A stretch of DNA of 64,000 bases from Strigamia acuminata (taxonomy: Eukaryota). The DNA lies in NCBI GenBank assembly GCA_949358305.1, contig OX442314.1, positions 29,946,001-30,010,000 of the forward strand, read 5' to 3'. This document shows positions 59,601-64,000 of this stretch, in pieces. The notes beneath the pieces were generated by a model. It saw nothing but the letters and a program-made list of their open reading frames with translations, ran no database searches and was not told where the DNA came from. Within the stretch, counting starts at the first letter, position 1, and each line of letters opens with the position of its first letter. The position numbers and the translations under genes were made by a program.

Positions 59601-59751
59601 TTTCGGGGTGAAGAAAGTTGCGAACACGGCGCAGGATCCGAACAAAAAGAGGACGTCGAAAGAAACGAATAACGAACATAAGTTACGATCTCGAAGAGCG
59701 ATGTATATAGAGAGGGATTTGGGAGATAAGTTTAGTATTAGTTTCGTGTGA
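50663..59751 (+). CDS. loco: RGS12/loco-like regulator of G-protein signalling (PDZ-PTB-RGS-RBD-RBD-GoLoco)
   Basis: PDZ GYGFTISGQYPCILSCIV and PTB VGYLGTIEMP in exon 52139-53820; RGS exons 55528-55701, 56200-56286, 56343-56492, 56554-56715 (WALSFDRLLEDPAG, FLKREFSFENIRFW, MKFDCYLRFLKS); RBD CRVLLPD; GoLoco QRSRLDDQRG in the last exon 59000-59751; first exon 50663-50702 inferred from phase. Confidence 0.92.
50930..51920. repeat. Compound intronic satellite: 20-bp GCAGATTTGCAACTGAATTT array grading into a ~21-bp AGATTTACCAGATTTTTTTAGT array
   Basis: Direct inspection. Confidence 0.95.
53930..54475. repeat. ~29-30-bp intronic minisatellite (TTTAGACATTT...GTTTTCTTCAA)
   Basis: Direct inspection. 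Confidence 0.93.
57042..57280 (+). mobile_element. Truncated second copy of the piggyBac MITE in an RGS intron
   Basis: TTAA-CCCTTCCAACCCTAAGATGGGTC... colinear with 48505-48730; right TIR missing. Confidence 0.85.
58405..58980. repeat. 31-bp intronic minisatellite (TTTGTCAAAATTCATCAAAAAATTATCAAAT)n
   Basis: Direct inspection; gives 31-aa periodicity in all three frames. Confidence 0.95.
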
Positions 59752-60144
59752 TTTTTATTTTTATTTTTTGATTTTGTGACTACAGGGATTTTAATGCATA
59801 AAGTTTGATTGAAATTTGTGCTTATTTTTGTTAAAATAAATGTATTGACATTTTTTTACGATGTTATTATGTGTGTGTATATATATTCCGTATATCAGGA
59901 TCATAAAAATAATTTGCTTGATCTCTGTTTATTTGCAGAAATTTGTAATTGCAGGTCATTGGAACAATTTTAGATGGGAAAAATATGTTTTTATGATTAT
60001 GAGTTTAAAAAAAAGCAATTTTTTTACCAAAAAAAAAAGATTAATTTATTTCGTATTTTCAACTTTTTCGGCCGAAATGTGGAATTTTTTACTGAAAAAA
60101 AGCAATTTGACGCACAAATGAATTTTTATACAAAATAGTACATT

Positions 60145-60500
60145 TTTATGATTAAGAAATGGATGTTTACGTTAAAAAATGGATTTTTATGTTAAAAAAT
60201 GAATTTTTACGTTAAAAAAGAATGGATTTTTACGTTAAAAAAAGAATGGATTTTTACGTTAAAAAAAGAATGGATTTTTATGATTAAGAAATGGATGTTT
60301 ACGTTAAAAAATGGATTTTTATGTTAAAAAATGGATTTTTACGTTAAAAAAGAATGGATTTTTACGTTAAAAAAAGAATGGATTTTTACGTTAAAAAAAG
60401 AATGGATTTTTACGTTAAAAAAAGAATGGATTTTTACGTTAAAAAAAGTCTATTTTTATGTTAAAAATGAATATTTACGCTAAAAACATGAATGTTTATG
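60145..60500. repeat. ~20-24-bp minisatellite (ATGGATTTTTACGTTAAAAAAAGA)
   Basis: Direct inspection. Confidence 0.9.
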
Positions 60501-60709
60501 CAATGAAAATGAATTTTTATGCTAAAAATTGAAATTTATAGCCAAAATACGAAAACTTTTACCCCAAAAAAAAGAAATTAGAAATTTCATTTTTGTAGAG
60601 TCAAATACTCAAATGTGCAACCTCCTTCATATGAATTTTTTTTTTTTTACAATTTTAGCCAAAAAATTACAATTTTCAGACGTTAAATGCATTCATAGGT
60701 AACTTTTCC

Positions 60710-61618
60710 CTAATTTTCCCTTGTAAACTTTTGCCAATACACCCTCTCTGCTTTCTTCAACCTAACCTCAACCTTCCTCGCAGTCAAGCTAACCAAACTA
60801 TTCTCAACATCAACAATCCCAAACAAAACAAACTCATTCTCATAAACAAAACCTCCAACACACTCCACACTCAACTTCAACTTAACACCATTCGCCTCTA
60901 TCGAACACCTATCCGGCAAAACCCCTTTTGCGTACAACGAGAAAAACACTTCACTACCGGTCTCGTACCAATCGTAACGCCAATTATTAGCACCAGTCGT
61001 CTCCCCCGAGCCCCAAACATGCTCACCGGAAGTGCAACCCACCTGCCCCAGAAAACTGCCAAAATCACACGTTTTTTTCAAACAACAGGACCAAAACTTC
61101 AAACCCTCGTGAAAAACCGGAATTCCCGGATGATAAACACATAATTGGGTCTCATTTTCATTGGTTTTACCACACCCACCGTTTTTACAACGGGCGCCAT
61201 TTTTCTCGTCGTTTGGTTCCGGATTCACGGGATCTAGTTCCAAGTTTTGCAGATATCTCTCCAGCGAGGTCGCTGTTGAAGCGGGTAATTCTACCATCGG
61301 CTCGTCTTCGTTCGGTCTCGGCAAACGTTCGTTGATTTTCGGAACCGATTGGTATTGAATGACGTCATCCGATGTCGTTTTTCTATTGTCCGGTGCTGGT
61401 TTTGTGTTGTCATGGAACGATCTGGTGCAGCCTTTTATGTTGAGAAATTCGGTGAAATCGGTGCATTTTTTATTGCAGCAAGCCCAGCCTTTGTACGCGT
61501 CGTGGAAAAATGGTTTTCCCGGGTGGAAGGTGCACGATTCTTCGTGGTTTTGGTCCGGGTCATAGAGTTGAGTGCAGCCCTTGTTGAAGCATTGGACGAG
61601 TGGTGATGCTTGCGTCAT
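60710..61618 (-). CDS. CHORDC1: CHORD domain-containing protein (Hsp90 co-chaperone CHP-1/Morgana), single coding exon
   Basis: CHORD-I CFNKGC...CTFHPGKPFFHDAYKGWACC...GCTRSFH, CHORD-II CKNGGC...CVYHPGIPVFHEGLKFWSCC...GCTSGEH, CS domain RYDWYET...KVEVRLKKAE. Confidence 0.95.
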   Translation of the reverse strand: MTQASPLVQCFNKGCTQLYDPDQNHEESCTFHPGKPFFHDAYKGWACCNKKCTDFTEFLNIKGCTRSFHDNTKPAPDNRKTTSDDVIQYQSVPKINERLPRPNEDEPMVELPASTATSLERYLQNLELDPVNPEPNDEKNGARCKNGGCGKTNENETQLCVYHPGIPVFHEGLKFWSCCLKKTCDFGSFLGQVGCTSGEHVWGSGETTGANNWRYDWYETGSEVFFSLYAKGVLPDRCSIEANGVKLKLSVECVGGFVYENEFVLFGIVDVENSLVSLTARKVEVRLKKAERVYWQKFTREN

Positions 61619-61774
61619 TTTTGTGTGGACAAGTTGGCACCGTGCTGGCTGTAGAAGTCGAGGTGGAAGTAGAACAAATCTTCAAGTGGAAACGGTCGCC
61701 CTCTGGTTAGAAAAACGTGTAACAACCTCATCCCATTTGTTGGGCATGTCACAAGCTCACAGCAGCAGTCCTGC

Positions 61775-62540
61775 AAAAATAAAGAATTTTGATTCAATAA
61801 TATAAATTTTTTATTCAAAAATAAAGAATTTTGATTCAATAATACAGTGTAGGCTGTGTAGCCAGGACATAGGACGGGACCCAGAAAGTTGTCCGGACTA
61901 AAGGGCTGTCCAGATGGGAAAAGGGAATTTAGCATGGCTGGGTATAGACGGGACCAATTTACTAAATTGGTCCCACCAAATAGGACCTCAAAACCTGTCC
62001 GGACCACAGAGCTTGTCCGGTCGGGAGGTGTCCAGACTACACAGCTTACACTGTATAAATTTTTATTCAAAAATAAAGAATTTTGATTCAATAATATAAA
62101 TTTTTTGTTCAAAAATAAAGAATTTTGATTGAATAATATCAATTTTTTGTTCAAAAATAAAGAATTTTGTTCAAAAATAAAGAATTTTGTTCAAAAATAC
62201 CAAATTTTTTGTTCAAAAATACCAATTTTTTGGTTCAAAAATACCAATTTTTTGGTTCAAAAATACCAATTTTTTGGTTCAAAAATATCATTTTTTTTGT
62301 TCAAAAATATCAATTTTTTTGTTCAAAAATATCAATTTTTTTGTTCAAAAATAAAGAATTTTGATTCAATAATATCAATTTTTTGTTCAAAAATAAAGAA
62401 TTTTGTTCAAAAATACCAAATTTTTTGTTCAAAAATACCAATTTTTTGGTTCAAAAATACCAATTTTTTTGTTCAAAAATACCAATTTTTTTGTTCAAAA
62501 ATACCAATTTTGTTTGTTCAAAAATATCATTTTTTTGTAC
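61775..62540. repeat. AT-rich satellite (TTTTGTTCAAAAATA...) interrupted by a MITE
   Basis: Direct inspection. Confidence 0.9.
61845..62053. mobile_element. Tc1/mariner-type MITE
   Basis: TIR CAGTGTAGGCTGTGTAG / CTACACAGCTTACACTG, TA TSD; neighbouring satellite units show the empty site AATAATATAAA. Confidence 0.85.
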
Positions 62541-62992
62541 AAAATTTATTTTTTCCCAAAAAAAAATTCCCATTGGTGTTTAGCCGGAGTGTAACACTGT
62601 TTTCACCTACCCAAACCCATGGTGGGGTCACCAAAAAATCATTTAATATAATATATATAATATATATAATAACATAAAAATATTAGAAATAATTTTCTAA
62701 ATTTAGATGAATATACATATAAATGCATTTATCACACAGCTGTTATTTTTCTAACTACCATAATTAATTTTATCACTTTGACTACGTCATTTCAAATTAG
62801 CTCGATTGAACGCTTTTTTTATGTCTCAAAAACTCAATAAGTCAATTAACTCTAAGACCACAAACTGTTTACTTTTTCATAATTTTTTATGATTTCATTA
62901 AACAAAAATTTTGTATAAATATCGAAGCCGTCTACATCAAATACATTGCAAGCCACTTCGCGCGCTAAACCAACATTCAACATTCATCCAAA

Positions 62993-63901
62993 ATGAAAAT
63001 ATTCTTCCTAATCCTAACTTTGACATTTTGTCAAATAACTTCTGCTGCTGAAACGGTAAGAAAAAGCTTCTGCCCCCAAATCTAGGTTAGACTTCACCGC
63101 ACACCATCCCCAAGCCATTCCCTCAAACTTTATTAAATTTCTTTTCTGTTTTTCTACATTTTTGAAATAATTTATTCTACTAATTGCCACCCTTTCTTTC
63201 TCAACAGTGTGACTCAGCGTTGAAGGGATCACAACAAGCGTGCACTTATTTGACCGGTAAAATCAAGGATTTACCGGTAAGTTAAATTATATCAAAGAAA
63301 TGTTTGAACAAAATTCAACTAACCAAAATTAAATTTCTATAGTTAGCCAATGCGCTATGTGGCTGTGCTGCTGGCGTCATAGAACAAAAAGTAATTACAC
63401 AATCACATTAATTGATTCACTTGATACTTGACAAAAGTTGTCATTCTTAATTAATTTTAGGGAGAATATTGTAATCGAAAAGGGAATTTTGCAGCTGTAC
63501 CTGCCTGTGGCACTTTTATTAATTCTGAACCGGTAAGTGTAACTTTTTTAAATCTTTTTTTAGAAAAAGAAAACTAAAAACTTGTATTTACAGTCGGCAT
63601 ACGACGCCCTAATTGAAAGCAAATTTTCCCACAAGCTTATTGAAGTGATCTTAAGGGTGTTTGTAGGTGTGTGCACAAATTCCGACGAGGAAATTCAGAA
63701 AAGTTTCAATAACGTTTTCACAAACCCAGCTTGGTACGGAGTTATTGGTAAATCATTCATGTTTAATTTTCAAAATTCATATTTATGTCATGTACTTATT
63801 TGTCTTTAGAAATGGTGATCCAGCTCGTGTACCCTGAGCAAGGTGTTGCATTCAACAAGTGTTACGGCCAAATTCGGGGACTTGTTAGTCCTCCGAAATA
63901 A
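62993..63901 (+). CDS. Small secreted cysteine-rich protein, 6 exons, ~165 aa, unknown family
   Basis: MKIFFLILTLTFCQITSAAET|CDSALKGSQQACTYLTGKIKDLP|LANALCGCAAGVIEQK|GEYCNRKGNFAAVPACGTFINSEP|SAYDAL...VCTNS...WYGVI|EMVIQLVYPEQGVAFNKCYGQIRGLVSPPK*; all introns GT-AG and in frame; AATAAA at ~63941 and ~63955. Confidence 0.8.
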
Positions 63902-64000
63902 AAAATGTAATTTCAAATTAGAGAGATTTAAATTTGTGGAAATAAAGTAGAAACAATAAACATTTTTTGATTCATTTATTTATCCAACCAAAACCTACGC

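Noticed and set aside
58471..59751. 426-aa ORF as a standalone gene
   Set aside because: N-terminal part is stop-free intronic 31-bp minisatellite; only 59000-59751 is the last loco exon

Overview
AT-rich eukaryotic (invertebrate, arthropod-like) genomic DNA with spliceosomal introns. 1-14.8 kb: nested LTR retrotransposons, a BEL/Pao element inside the leader of a Ty3/Gypsy element that carries an extra non-env ORF. 14.8-42 kb: three minus-strand DEG/ENaC (pickpocket-like) genes riddled with TE remnants, MITEs and satellites. Main finding: these genes encode naturally concatenated channel subunits. In all three, the TM2 of one subunit runs in frame, within a single exon, through a short basic linker into the TM1 of a second subunit. 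The best-preserved copy (20634-25907) splices by hand into an 11-exon, 794-aa, four-TM two-subunit protein whose halves share the intron-phase series 0,1,0,0,2. 43-64 kb is gene-dense: an intronless spacer-less SRPK-like kinase, glutamine synthetase, RGS12/loco, CHORDC1 and an unrecognised secreted 8-Cys protein. Exon boundaries were read by eye; no database searches were run.
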